64,000 bases of DNA from Alphaproteobacteria bacterium (GCA_033763575.1 JANRKF010000033.1:6278-70277), one strand, 5' to 3'. Positions 1 to 9,611 are shown, numbered from the stretch's first letter. Notes: generated by a model not told the origin, from the sequence alone. Numbers and translations: made by a program.

Positions 1-1592
1 GCGATGTCTTCAGCCGTCACCGCTTCTTTGAGCGTGGCGCTGTCGCCTTCTTTTTCGGCTTCGGCCAGTTTTTTCTGCAAGCCGGGCAGCAGGCTGTACA
101 TGATTTCGCCCGCCCGCGTGAGGTCGCCGCGCCGCTGCGCCACATCGCGCTCCTGCGTCAGTTCGTCGATCTGCTCTTTGAGTTTCTGCGCCGATTGCAG
201 CTGCGATTTTTCCGCCTGCCAGCGGCCCGTCATGTCGGCGCTTTCTTTTTCCCAGACATCCAGGTCGGCTTCCAGTTTTTTCAGGCGTTCTTTCGAGGCA
301 GCGTCCGGCTCTTTTTTCAGCGCCTCCCGTTCGATTTTTGCCTGGATAATTTTGCGGTCCAGCTCGTCAAGTTCCTCCGGTTTGGAATCCACCTCCATCC
401 GCAGGCGGGCGCTGGCTTCATCCACCAAGTCAATCGCCTTATCCGGCAGGAAACGGTCGGTGATATAGCGGCTGGAGAGCGTCGCCGCCGCAACAATCGC
501 CGCATCGGTGATGCGGATACCGTGATGCAGTTCGTATTTTTCCTTGAGGCCGCGCAGGATGGAGATGGTATCTTCCACCGTCGGCTCCTCGATGAACACG
601 GCCTGAAACCGGCGGGCGAGTGCGGCGTCTTTTTCGATATATTTGCGATATTCGTCGAGCGTGGTCGCGCCGATGCAATGCAGGTCGCCACGCGCCAATG
701 CGGGTTTCAATAAGTTGGAGGCGTCCATCGCCCCATCGGTTTTCCCGGCGCCCACCAGCGTGTGCAGTTCGTCAATAAACAGCACCACCTCTCCCTCCGC
801 CGCGTGGATTTCATTCAGCACGGCTTTTAAGCGTTCCTCAAATTCCCCGCGATATTTTGCGCCAGCCACCAGCGCACCCAGATCAAGCGAAAGCAGGCGT
901 TTGTCGCGCAATGTTTCCGGTACGTCGCCTGCAACAATCCGGCGGGCCAGCCCCTCGGCGATCGCGGTTTTGCCCACGCCCGGCTCGCCGATCAGCACCG
1001 GGTTGTTTTTGGTGCGGCGGGAAAGCACCTGCATGGCGCGGCGGATTTCCTCATCCCGCCCGATCACAGGGTCTAGCTTGCCTTCACGCGCCAGCGCCGT
1101 GAAATCGCGGGTATATTTGGAGAGCGCCTCAAACTGATCCTCCGCCCCGGCGGAATGCGCCACGCGGCCTTTGCGCATCTCGTTAATCGCGTTATTCAGT
1201 TGCTGCGGCGAAACTCCCGCCGGTTCCAAGAGCTTGGTGTTCATGGCGATGGCTTGAAGAATCCGTTCCAGCGTCACATAGCTGTCGCCCGCTTTTTCCG
1301 CAAGTTTTTCCGCCGCGTCCAGCAATTTGGCGATTTCGCCGGTTAAATAAAGCTGTCCGCTGCCGCCCTCCACCTTGGGAATGGATTCAAGCGCGGTTTC
1401 GGTGCGGGCTTTTGCCTGCTCCACATCGCCACCCACAGCGCGGATAAGGCGGGCGGCGAGCTGCTCTTTCTCATGCAGCAACGCATGCAATATATGCTCC
1501 GGCTTGAATTGCTGGTGGGAGCGCTTCAGCGCCTCACCCTGGGCGCTTTGCAGCACTGCTTGCGATTTTTCGGTATATTTTTCCAGATTCAT
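1..1592 (-). CDS. clpB: ClpB AAA+ disaggregase, N-terminal ~530 aa (C-terminus beyond window edge)
   Basis: Not in the ORF track because it runs off the window. My reverse-strand translation starts at ATG 1592-1590: [18 protein letters not shown]... It contains the Walker A motif [15 protein letters not shown], then [14 protein letters not shown], then a long coiled-coil middle domain ([23 protein letters not shown]). Confidence 0.9.
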   Translation of the reverse strand, partial: MNLEKYTEKSQAVLQSAQGEALKRSHQQFKPEHILHALLHEKEQLAARLIRAVGGDVEQAKARTETALESIPKVEGGSGQLYLTGEIAKLLDAAEKLAEKAGDSYVTLERILQAIAMNTKLLEPAGVSPQQLNNAINEMRKGRVAHSAGAEDQFEALSKYTRDFTALAREGKLDPVIGRDEEIRRAMQVLSRRTKNNPVLIGEPGVGKTAIAEGLARRIVAGDVPETLRDKRLLSLDLGALVAGAKYRGEFEERLKAVLNEIHAAEGEVVLFIDELHTLVGAGKTDGAMDASNLLKPALARGDLHCIGATTLDEYRKYIEKDAALARRFQAVFIEEPTVEDTISILRGLKEKYELHHGIRITDAAIVAAATLSSRYITDRFLPDKAIDLVDEASARLRMEVDSKPEELDELDRKIIQAKIEREALKKEPDAASKERLKKLEADLDVWEKESADMTGRWQAEKSQLQSAQKLKEQIDELTQERDVAQRRGDLTRAGEIMYSLLPGLQKKLAEAEKEGDSATLKEAVTAEDI

Positions 1593-1620
1593 GTTAGATT
1601 CCTTATGAAACAAAAGACAT

Positions 1621-2409
1621 GTGTCATATATGGTGCGCCCAATTCACTTCATCAAGCTGCTGCTTATTTTTTTATTGGCGTCGCACCCTGTACAGGCCGA
1701 TGAGCCTTTGATTCCCATCGATTTCAGCGGACATTACGATTTTGCCTTTTCAGGCGTTCCACTGGGAAAACTCGACCTCCGCTTCACCCAATCGGCCACG
1801 AAATACACCGCCACCGCCGATGTAAAAACGGTGGGCCTTGCCCGCGTATTCGTGCAGCATGAGAGCCACACCATCTCCAAAGGCTGGGGCAGCGATTTTC
1901 ATTACCCGCAGGTGGACTATGAAAGCCGTTATTCCACACGCGGCAAACCCAAAAGCGCGAAAATCAGTAAAAAAGACGGCGTGATTTTTGCCGATGTCGT
2001 GAACCCGCCGGATAACCGCGCCATCCGCCCCGCCGTGCCGCTTGAGCAGAAATCCGCCGCCTTCGATCCGCTGGCCGTCGGCCTTGCCATCCGCAGCGAA
2101 TTCGCCCGCGCGCAAAAAGACGGGCGCACCGATTTCACGCTCGATTATTATGATGGGCGCAGGCTCACCCGCGTCTATTTTACAGTCGGCAAAGAACGCG
2201 TGATCCGTATCAAGGGACAGAAATACCCGGTCTTTACGCTCACCGCGAGGCGCGAGCTGCTCGCCGGACATACCGACAAGGAACGCGCCCGCATCGACCC
2301 GCATGAACCCAGCGCAACCCTCTATTTTTCGCGTGACGCCAAATTCATGCCTATTTACCTGGAAGTGCCGGTGCTTTTCGGCATCGCCAGCGCTACACTG
2401 CGGATGTAG
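1621..2409 (+). CDS. DUF3108-like secreted protein
   Basis: 262-aa ORF with an N-terminal signal peptide ([16 protein letters not shown]). The beta-rich body resembles the DUF3108 family by eye. The start is GTG 1621 or ATG 1630. Confidence 0.6.
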   Translation: MSYMVRPIHFIKLLLIFLLASHPVQADEPLIPIDFSGHYDFAFSGVPLGKLDLRFTQSATKYTATADVKTVGLARVFVQHESHTISKGWGSDFHYPQVDYESRYSTRGKPKSAKISKKDGVIFADVVNPPDNRAIRPAVPLEQKSAAFDPLAVGLAIRSEFARAQKDGRTDFTLDYYDGRRLTRVYFTVGKERVIRIKGQKYPVFTLTARRELLAGHTDKERARIDPHEPSATLYFSRDAKFMPIYLEVPVLFGIASATLRM

Positions 2410-2531
2410 CTCGGTTTTTTACTAGACTTCCTGTGTAGCTCTACTTGTAATAATCACCGTAACATCACTGTAACATTCGATTTCCGGAAGATGTCACACC
2501 GCAGCCTGAATGATTATGCTATGCTGTGACC

Positions 2532-2900
2532 ATGGACAAAACTCTTCAGAATCCGGCGGACCCTGTGGGTGAGGCGTTCAACTTCGTAGGCGAGGTTGTC
2601 GTCAATGGTGTGAGCCTGCCGCTGCACCTGATCGAACAGCTGCGCATGGCGGGAGTGAGCGCCGTAAACTGGCTCTCAGCCAGCGAATTGCAGGATGCGG
2701 TGCAGGCCGCCAAATTCGACACGCGGCTGGTGGATGATCCGCACGGCACCAGCCTGCGCGATAAGATGACCCTCACCCATGCCGAGCAGGCAAGCCGCAG
2801 GCCGAAGCGCCGCAAAGCGCAAACCTACGAAGAGCTGATCAAAGAAGAGCGCGAAGGAAAAGCGCACGAAATGGAAGACGATCATTTACACTTCTTCTGA
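2532..2900 (+). CDS. hypothetical protein (acidic N-terminus, basic RRPKRRK tail)
   Basis: ORF 2526..2900, with ATG at 2532. High third-position GC supports coding. First of four co-oriented unknown genes. Confidence 0.5.
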   Translation: MDKTLQNPADPVGEAFNFVGEVVVNGVSLPLHLIEQLRMAGVSAVNWLSASELQDAVQAAKFDTRLVDDPHGTSLRDKMTLTHAEQASRRPKRRKAQTYEELIKEEREGKAHEMEDDHLHFF

Positions 2901-3027
2901 TGTCCCCACATCATTTCACGATGTAATTTCCCCTTGCATAAACTGGATATATCCAGTATATTGGCGACTCCTTTCGTGGGAAATAAGAATAATATTATAA
3001 ATAATATAGAAACTTAGGGGAATAGTC

Positions 3028-3510
3028 ATGTCGCCATACGTTGCTTTTGACCATATATCTGGAAATATCCTTATTATTACCCCTCCCGCTCCGATAAAAC
3101 CGAAACGCCGCCGCAAAAAACACTCCTTCTGGCAGGAAGCCCCCTACCATTTCGCGTTTTCCGAAGAATCATTATGGAAAGCCGTCATCACCCAGGCGGT
3201 GGTCGATGCCTGCAGCCGCAATCCGAGGACGGATTATCTCAGCTATAAAAAAGAAGCCACGCAATGGCTCACCGGCGGCTCGGAGGATTTTATCGATGTC
3301 TGCCTGCGCGCCGGGCTGGATCCCGACCACGTGCGGATGCAGGCCAAAAAATCGCTGATGCACCCTTCCCTCTGGCGCGCCGCCCCAAAAACCGGATGGC
3401 GCTACGAAGAAAAACGCCGCTGGCGCACGCGCCGAAAATTCGGCCGCGAAACCGAAAGCCAGCCGCTGGAGCCTGCCCCCACCTGCCTTATCATTCACCC
3501 TTTTACTTAA
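3028..3510 (+). CDS. hypothetical protein
   Basis: 160-aa ORF. AGGGG lies 8 nt upstream of the ATG. It contains a KRRRKK patch. I recognise no family. Confidence 0.5.
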   Translation: MSPYVAFDHISGNILIITPPAPIKPKRRRKKHSFWQEAPYHFAFSEESLWKAVITQAVVDACSRNPRTDYLSYKKEATQWLTGGSEDFIDVCLRAGLDPDHVRMQAKKSLMHPSLWRAAPKTGWRYEEKRRWRTRRKFGRETESQPLEPAPTCLIIHPFT

Positions 3511-3521
3511 GAGAGCATATT

Positions 3522-3788
3522 ATGACACACGATAAACGACAAATGCTGGACCATATTTATTCGCGCCTGTGCTTGCATTGCGGCGTGGAGGCGGAACGCT
3601 ACAACCATAAACGCAAACGTTTCATTGCAGCGCTTGGCAGCTATCCCGACGACCTGCTATGCGCTGCCTACCAGCATATATCGCATCACCTTTCCCCGGC
3701 GCGGATGGCATCGGAACAAGACTTCATCGCGTTCATGGAACCGGCATTCCGACTCCGCCAGCACGATACATGCATGGAGGCGTTATGA
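3522..3788 (+). CDS. hypothetical small protein (88 aa)
   Basis: Internal ATG at 3522 of ORF 3264..3788, 11 nt after the stop of the previous gene. Translation begins MTHDKRQMLDHIYSRLCLHCG... Confidence 0.45.
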   Translation: MTHDKRQMLDHIYSRLCLHCGVEAERYNHKRKRFIAALGSYPDDLLCAAYQHISHHLSPARMASEQDFIAFMEPAFRLRQHDTCMEAL

Positions 3789-4261
3789 CCGGCAGCACCG
3801 CACGCAGGCAAGGCAAACGCGGCCGCCCGAAAATCATCCGCGAAGAACATGATCGCGGCACGCCGGAGCTGCAATTCAAACGACTGTCGGGCGATACGCT
3901 GGAGGCGCTCGATCTTTGCCTGGAGAAAGGCGCCATCACACCGGAGCAGCATTGGTGCGGCATTCATTTGCGCTGGCTTTATACGCTGCGCTATGGCGCG
4001 CCGGGGGTGCGTGCGGTCGATTTCAACCATGTGCACGGGCTGGATATAGAAAGCGACGACCCCACATGGCGCGAATCACGCGAGGCGGAATATCACGCCG
4101 CGCTCAAATATATCTCCGATTATGGCTTCGATGCCATGCTGGTGAGTGTCTGCATCCATAATGAAAGACCCTGCCGTCTCACTATCGAGACCCTTTCCGA
4201 GGGGCTGCAACTATTGGTTAAGCATTGGAAACGGGGGCGTAAGAAACAATCCCAATCGTAG
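3785..4261 (+). CDS. hypothetical protein (158 aa)
   Basis: ATG 3785 overlaps the previous stop (ATGA), which suggests translational coupling. Translation begins MTGSTARRQGKRGRPKIIRE... Confidence 0.5.
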   Translation: MTGSTARRQGKRGRPKIIREEHDRGTPELQFKRLSGDTLEALDLCLEKGAITPEQHWCGIHLRWLYTLRYGAPGVRAVDFNHVHGLDIESDDPTWRESREAEYHAALKYISDYGFDAMLVSVCIHNERPCRLTIETLSEGLQLLVKHWKRGRKKQSQS

Positions 4262-4494
4262 ATTTGATTAATTCCCGTTATTTCTTAATAACTTGAAAAT
4301 TTATCTAAAATGCAAGATAAATACCAGACAAATACTCGGCAAAAGCTATTGAAAAATATAAAGAAAAATGCATTTTCTTGTTGCATTGAAAATATGAATG
4401 AGCTATAACTATTCTTAGCTGATGCATTCAGCGTAAACAGGCAGGCCGAACGGGGGAAACACGGGGCGCCGCCAAAACACACAGGAGACTGACC

Positions 4495-4662
4495 ATGAAA
4501 ACACTTGTACAACTCTTTAAAGATGAAAATGGTGCAACCGCAATTGAATACGGCCTGATCGCCGCCCTGATTTCCGTTGCCGCTATCGGTGCAATGACTG
4601 CTCTTGGCACCCAGCTTTCGACCACTTTCGGTGATGTTACCGCAAGCCTGGCCGCTGTATAA
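4495..4662 (+). CDS. flp: Flp family type IVb pilin (55 aa)
   Basis: Unlisted short ORF: MKTLVQLFKDENGATAIEYGLIAALISVAAIGAMTALGTQLSTTFGDVTASLAAV. It has the Flp motif G/ATAIEYGLI. GGAGA lies upstream of the ATG. Confidence 0.85.
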   Translation: MKTLVQLFKDENGATAIEYGLIAALISVAAIGAMTALGTQLSTTFGDVTASLAAV

Positions 4663-4717
4663 TTCCACTTATTGCAAAATAAAAACAAATAACCATATTA
4701 ACAACGGGAGACTGACC

Positions 4718-4885
4718 ATGAAAACACTTGTACAACTTTTTAAAAATGAAGATGGCGCAACCGCAATCGAATACGGCCTGATCGCCGCCCTGATTTCTGT
4801 TGCCGCTATCGGTGCAATGACCGCTCTGGGTACTCAGCTGTCGACCACGTTCGGCGACATTACTGCGAGCCTGGCTGCTGTATAA
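4718..4885 (+). CDS. flp: Flp family type IVb pilin, tandem paralog (55 aa)
   Basis: MKTLVQLFKNEDGATAIEYGLIAALISVAAIGAMTALGTQLSTTFGDITASLAAV differs from the first copy at three residues. The 5' leader GGGAGACTGACCATG is the same. Confidence 0.85.
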   Translation: MKTLVQLFKNEDGATAIEYGLIAALISVAAIGAMTALGTQLSTTFGDITASLAAV

Positions 4886-4905
4886 TATTACCTCTTCAGC
4901 AAAAT

Positions 4906-4931
4906 AGCCCGCCCTTGTGGCGGGCTTTTTT
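4906..4931 (+). terminator. rho-independent terminator after the flp pair
   Basis: Stem AGCCCGCC / GGCGGGCT with loop CTTGT, followed by TTTTT. Confidence 0.7.
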
Positions 4932-5030
4932 GTGCAAAATTCCCGTTTGATGTTGGCAACTGAATATATTTATGTTAGCATTCATACGACAATCCTTTTG
5001 ATTTATCTCAGGCTTTGGAGGGCAATTTAG

Positions 5031-5495
5031 ATGGTATCACATACAGGAAGGCTCCTGAATCGCAACACCCCTGAGGCTGCTAGTGTTCAGCCTGTTAGTG
5101 TAGTTGAGGTGCTGAAAGATGCCGGCTTCGATATTAAACCCGGTGATAATGCCTCCAAAGGAATTAAGCACAAACTAAAGCATTATGGAATGTTTTACTG
5201 GCCACCAACTAGCGTTGAGAACATGCACATCCCGCCTGCCGTCAAGCATGCGCTGGTGGAGACAGCCACAGCAATCATTCTCGTACGCTCCCCAGCCTTC
5301 AAAAAGGATGCCGTATTGCAGGAGTCATTGAATCGTTATCAGGATGGTCGTGCAATTGCAGCAGCTTGCAACCATTGCTACTCTGGCGGTGGCGAAATGG
5401 ATATTTACCTTGAACTTGCTCAAAATTGGTTCAAAAGAATTGAAGCCGCTGCAGACACGCGAATGGTACGTGCGGCGCCTAGCGCAGCCGTCTAG
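5031..5495 (+). CDS. hypothetical protein (154 aa)
   Basis: ORF with GGAGGG 8-14 nt upstream of the ATG. The region is visibly more AT-rich than its neighbours. I recognise no family. Confidence 0.45.
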   Translation: MVSHTGRLLNRNTPEAASVQPVSVVEVLKDAGFDIKPGDNASKGIKHKLKHYGMFYWPPTSVENMHIPPAVKHALVETATAIILVRSPAFKKDAVLQESLNRYQDGRAIAAACNHCYSGGGEMDIYLELAQNWFKRIEAAADTRMVRAAPSAAV

Positions 5496-5498
5496 AAG

Positions 5499-6443
5499 CT
5501 ATTTCTTCCCGATATTCACCGAAAGTTCCAGCATCCGGTCCAGCGGTTTCCGGGCGCGCTGGATAAGATCGTCGGACAGTTCGATGCTGGGCGTGCCGTT
5601 TTTCAGGCAGAGATAGATTTTTTCCAGCGTATTCATTTTCATATAGGGGCAGTTATTGCAGGAAATGCACGCTCCGCCTGATATTCCTGGCACTTCATAG
5701 AATGTGCTGCCCTGCGAGCGTTTTTTCATCTCATGCAGAATGCCCGGCTCAGTGAGCACGATAAAGGACTCGCCCGGATGCTCGGCGGTGTAGCCGATGA
5801 GTTTGGCCGTAGAACCAATGAATTTGGCATAGCGAAGCAGGTGCGCCGGGCATTCCGGATGGGCGATGACATGCGCGGCCGGGTGGCGAACGGTGAGCTT
5901 CACCAGCTCTTCTTCCGAAAAACGCTCATGCACCATGCAGGTGCCGTTCCACAGCAGCATATTGCGCCCGGTTTTCTTGTTCAGGTAATCGCCCAGATAT
6001 TTATCCGGCGCGAAGATGATTTTCTGGTCGTGAGGCAGCGAATTGATAATCGCCTCGGCGTTGCTGGAGGTGACGATGATGTCCGAAAGCGCCTTCACCT
6101 CCGCCGAGCAGTTGATATAGGTCACCACCATATGCTCCGGATGCGCCTTGCAGAAGGCCGCAAATTCTTTGGGCGGGCAGGAATCCTCCAGCGAACAGCC
6201 CGCCGCCATATCCGGTATCAGCACCTTTTTGCCGGGATTTAAAATCTTCGCGCCCTCGGCCATGAAACGCACGCCGGAAAACACGATCACATCCGCATCC
6301 GTCCCCGCCGCTTTACGCGCCAGCTCCAGCGAATCGCCGACAAAATCGGCAATGTCCTGAATATCGTCGTCCTGGTAATAATGTGCAAGCAGGATGGCGT
6401 TTTGTTCGGCCTTCAGCGCTGCGATTTCAGATTCGTAGTTCAT
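5499..6443 (-). CDS. nadA: quinolinate synthase NadA
   Basis: 314 aa. Contains [19 protein letters not shown], and cysteines for the 4Fe-4S cluster ([13 protein letters not shown]). Confidence 0.95.
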   Translation of the reverse strand: MNYESEIAALKAEQNAILLAHYYQDDDIQDIADFVGDSLELARKAAGTDADVIVFSGVRFMAEGAKILNPGKKVLIPDMAAGCSLEDSCPPKEFAAFCKAHPEHMVVTYINCSAEVKALSDIIVTSSNAEAIINSLPHDQKIIFAPDKYLGDYLNKKTGRNMLLWNGTCMVHERFSEEELVKLTVRHPAAHVIAHPECPAHLLRYAKFIGSTAKLIGYTAEHPGESFIVLTEPGILHEMKKRSQGSTFYEVPGISGGACISCNNCPYMKMNTLEKIYLCLKNGTPSIELSDDLIQRARKPLDRMLELSVNIGKK

Positions 6444-6449
6444 ATGCGG

Positions 6450-7499
6450 TCAAATCCCATCCCTTGAAAAAGGGCGCTCCAGAAGGGTTTGCATCACCTC
6501 ATCCACCGTCGCCTGCTCATAAAGTATCCGATAAACGGCATGGCAAATGGGCATTTCCACCTCGTATTTACGGGCGACCTTCGTCACCGATTCGGCAGCG
6601 ATCACCCCTTCGGTCGAGGTGCGGCCACGCAATTCCAGCAGCTCTTTTACCGATTTACCCTGCCCCACCGCAATACCAAACGACATATTGCGCGATTTCT
6701 TGCTGCCGCAGGTAAGCAGCAAATCGCCCAGGCCGGCAAGTCCGGCCATCGTCTCATACCGCGCACCACGCGCCAGCGCCAGCCGGGTCATTTCGGAAAA
6801 GCCACGCGTGATAATCGCTGCCGCCGCGTTTTCGCCCATACCGCGCCCATGCGCAATCCCGCAGGCAATCGCAATCACGTTTTTAATCGCACCGCCCACC
6901 TGTGCGCCGATAATATCATCCGTGAGGTAAGGCCGGAACAGCTTGCCGCCGATAGCGTAGGTGAGGAGATCCCACTGGCTTTTGTCCTCGCAGGCGATGG
7001 TGGTGGCGGTGGGAAGCCCCCGCGCCGCCTCATCGGCGAAATTCGGGCCGGAGACAATCGCAATCGGATTGCCCGGCAGCACCGAGCGCACCACCTCGCT
7101 CATCAGCATCAGGCTGCCGCGCTCAATGCCCTTGCTCGCGACCAGAAGCAGCGTCCCGGCGTGTAATTGGTCGGATATCGAAATACAGACCGAACGCACA
7201 TAATTAGTCGGCGTCGCAATCACCAGCATATCGGCATCGCATACGTCCTTCGCCGAGTCGGTGACACTGATTTCCGGTGAAATATAGACACCCGGCAGGT
7301 AGGCATCGTTCATGCGCTTTTCCTGGATCTGGGCGATGACATTGCGATTACGGGTGTATATCTGCACGCGGCTGCCAGCGCGGTTGGCGAGGATAGCGAG
7401 CGCCGTTCCCCACGCACCGCCGCCGATGACTCCGACTTTGTATGCAGAACTATTCCCGCGAAGGCGGGAATCCTGTAGATCATTCATGGTGCTGTGCAT
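6450..7499 (-). CDS. gpsA: NAD(P)H-dependent glycerol-3-phosphate dehydrogenase
   Basis: Contains VGVIGGGAWGTALA (Rossmann fold), then NFADEAARGLPTATT and GGAIKNVIAIACGI. The track ORF extends to 7556, but that would overlap virB9. Likely starts are ATG 7499 or ATG 7487. Confidence 0.9.
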   Translation of the reverse strand: MHSTMNDLQDSRLRGNSSAYKVGVIGGGAWGTALAILANRAGSRVQIYTRNRNVIAQIQEKRMNDAYLPGVYISPEISVTDSAKDVCDADMLVIATPTNYVRSVCISISDQLHAGTLLLVASKGIERGSLMLMSEVVRSVLPGNPIAIVSGPNFADEAARGLPTATTIACEDKSQWDLLTYAIGGKLFRPYLTDDIIGAQVGGAIKNVIAIACGIAHGRGMGENAAAAIITRGFSEMTRLALARGARYETMAGLAGLGDLLLTCGSKKSRNMSFGIAVGQGKSVKELLELRGRTSTEGVIAAESVTKVARKYEVEMPICHAVYRILYEQATVDEVMQTLLERPFSRDGI

Positions 7500-7538
7500 G
7501 TTGCAGCTACAGGCTCCCCGCTCTCGCGGGGAGATGAC
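7452..7538. repeat. double-hairpin palindromic element (GTCAT/ATGAC family)
   Basis: One arm is ATTCCCGCGAAGGCGGGAATCCTGTAG. The other is CTACAGGCTCCCCGCTCTCGCGGGGAGATGAC. The element spans the virB9 stop and the gpsA start. Confidence 0.6.
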
Positions 7539-8271
7539 GGGCTTCGTTGAAGACACAGATCACATCCGGACCATGACGCAGCGTGAATCGGCCCGCCACA
7601 CGCTCCACCACGATATAATCGCCGCGTGTGCGATAGTTGATGAGCGATTCGTTGCCTTTATCATCCACCCAGAAGAACGCGGGCACTTCGGCATTCTTAT
7701 CGCGGAACTGGAAGTAGGTGAATTCGCCATCGTCGAAAATGCGGATGGGCGCGGTCACTTCCGGCCCGGAAATGGTGTAGTTGAAATTATATTTTTCCGG
7801 ATTTTCTTCAATGTCGGCATCAGGCACGCCGTCCAGCCCGGTGGTGATCGCCTGCAGGTCGCCCTCATCCTGATAAATAAAGCGCATGATAAAGGTCATG
7901 TCGGGATCGTTGATGTCATCGGTATCGCGGGCATGCAGCTCGAAAAGATAGGTGCGCTTGTTGGTGATGAGCGTCATGTTGGTCGTCGCGTCCTGATCGA
8001 TCGGCTTGAGGAAAAGGCGGTTGCCCGCCGGGTTCATCATCCACGCCGTCGAATCCCCCATGGAAATGGTCTCGATTTTCTCGTCTTTGGCGAACTCGAT
8101 CGAGGTTTGATAGCGGTAATGGCCGGTGAATTTATAGACTTCATCGGGCTGGTAGAGCATCGTGCGCACACGGTGATCGAGCTTGACAGGCCTTGGCTCA
8201 CGAGTAGCCGCCGCATCCCACGACACGCTCATGCAGGCAAGGAAGGCGAGAAAAGTGAAGCGCAGGTTCAT
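7507..8271 (-). CDS. virB9: type IV secretion VirB9/TrbG/CagX family protein
   Basis: Has a signal peptide, then the family pattern YKFTGHYRYQTSIEF...ISMGDSTAWMMNPAGNRLFLKP...TNMTLITNKRTYLFEL, then C-terminal IFDDGEFTYFQF. Confidence 0.85.
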   Translation of the reverse strand: MNLRFTFLAFLACMSVSWDAAATREPRPVKLDHRVRTMLYQPDEVYKFTGHYRYQTSIEFAKDEKIETISMGDSTAWMMNPAGNRLFLKPIDQDATTNMTLITNKRTYLFELHARDTDDINDPDMTFIMRFIYQDEGDLQAITTGLDGVPDADIEENPEKYNFNYTISGPEVTAPIRIFDDGEFTYFQFRDKNAEVPAFFWVDDKGNESLINYRTRGDYIVVERVAGRFTLRHGPDVICVFNEARHLPARAGSL

Positions 8272-9050
8272 GGGTTTTCCTGAAATATTTTACTGTTATA
8301 GCTCGTGACGGTAAACGTTACCGGCTTCACCTTATCAGCTTTTTCATCGAATTCAACGCCGCTGTATTGATAGGCGATGACAGCCTTGTGCCGGGTGGCC
8401 TGGCTGCGCTCCGCGTTCACCACGGTCGCGTCAAATACCACTTCCAGGGTATTGGCCGGCGATTCCAGCTTGCGCACCGATGCCACATCGATCAGGCGCA
8501 CCGAATGCCGTTCATACTTCACCACCGGGCTTTCGGGGTTGCTAACTTGCAGCATCTGCTGATATTGCGCCATCACCTCCGGCGAGGAGACGTGTGCGAC
8601 GCCGCTGTAATTGCGGTCCAGCTTGCTGATATTGTAGCTCTCATATTCATCGACATACACTTTTGCGAAGAAAAAAAGCACCGCGTCATCGACGCTCTGG
8701 TGAGGGCTGCTGCGCAGCGGCGCGATGCTCGGCACATCCTCCAGCACATCGTTCAGCGCATAAATAAACGGCACCGTGCGGGCCAGCGGATAAAGCGACT
8801 GCATGGCCGCGAATGCGCCTAAAAACGTCAGCAGCGCAATGGTCGTCACGAACACATAAAAATAACGCTCGGCCATCGGATCATTGACCGACAGGTCATA
8901 CATGCTGCGGGCCTCGCGGAAATACTCACCGCTACGGACTTTTTCCGCAATGTTCAGATATTCGTCGGGTGAGGGTTCTGTGTATTTCATAAGCCACTTG
9001 TCATCATACTCTTTTTCATAGAAAATGCCTAGCATGGAAAAGTTAAGCAT
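8268..9050 (-). CDS. virB8: VirB8-like type IV secretion protein
   Basis: 260 aa. Has one N-proximal TM helix (YFYVFVTTIALLTFLGAFAAM) and an NTF2-like body (FFAKVYVDEYESYN). Its stop overlaps the virB9 start at 8268-8271. Confidence 0.65.
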   Translation of the reverse strand: MLNFSMLGIFYEKEYDDKWLMKYTEPSPDEYLNIAEKVRSGEYFREARSMYDLSVNDPMAERYFYVFVTTIALLTFLGAFAAMQSLYPLARTVPFIYALNDVLEDVPSIAPLRSSPHQSVDDAVLFFFAKVYVDEYESYNISKLDRNYSGVAHVSSPEVMAQYQQMLQVSNPESPVVKYERHSVRLIDVASVRKLESPANTLEVVFDATVVNAERSQATRHKAVIAYQYSGVEFDEKADKVKPVTFTVTSYNSKIFQENP

Positions 9051-9177
9051 GGGTGAATATAGCGGCGTGGTGTGGGCGGCCTATCTGGTTGCTGCCGTGG
9101 TGCTGGGGGTATGTGTATGGCAAGCCCTGCGCGGCTTGCGGAAGGCCGAGCGCACGCTTAAGGGAATCGGCGAGTGA
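9049..9177 (+). CDS. ccmD: heme exporter protein CcmD
   Basis: Unlisted 42-codon ORF: MGEYSGVVWAAYLVAAVVLGVCVWQALRGLRKAERTLKGIGE. It has a single TM helix. Its TGA overlaps the GTG start of ccmE. There is an alternative in-frame ATG at 9034. Confidence 0.65.
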   Translation: MGEYSGVVWAAYLVAAVVLGVCVWQALRGLRKAERTLKGIGE

Positions 9178-9611
9178 AACCCAAACACCAACGGCTGGTA
9201 TTCGTGCTGGCGAGTGTGCTGTTCCTGTGCGCCGCCGTCCTGCTGGTGATGCAGGCTTTCAAGCAAAACCTCGTCTATTTTTATAGCCCAAGCGATATTG
9301 CAGGAAATCCGCCCGCACCCACACAAAAAATCCGCATCGGCGGGCTGGTGAAAACCGGCAGCATCGCGCAGGCCGATGACCGCGTGCGGTTCACCGTCAC
9401 CGACCAGCAACATGAGATCGAGGTGCGCTACCAGGGCGTGCTGCCTGCGCTGTTTCGTGAAGGGCAAGGGGTGATTGCCGAAGGGGTGATGGATGGCGCG
9501 CATTTCTCCGCCTCAACCATCCTTGCCAAGCATGATGAAAAATATATGCCGAAAGAAGTCGTCGATGCCTTGAAAAAAAGCGGGCATTGGGAAGGGCAAT
9601 ATGCTCGCTGA
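9174..9611 (+). CDS. ccmE: cytochrome c-type biogenesis heme chaperone CcmE
   Basis: 145 aa. Has an N-terminal TM anchor, then RIGGLV, GVIAEG and AKHDEKYMP (heme-binding His region). Confidence 0.9.
   Translation: MKPKHQRLVFVLASVLFLCAAVLLVMQAFKQNLVYFYSPSDIAGNPPAPTQKIRIGGLVKTGSIAQADDRVRFTVTDQQHEIEVRYQGVLPALFREGQGVIAEGVMDGAHFSASTILAKHDEKYMPKEVVDALKKSGHWEGQYAR

Noticed and set aside
7312-8283. 323-aa ORF antisense to virB9 and the gpsA start
   Set aside because: It has no recognisable motifs. The opposite strand has strong VirB9 family patterns and a signal peptide.
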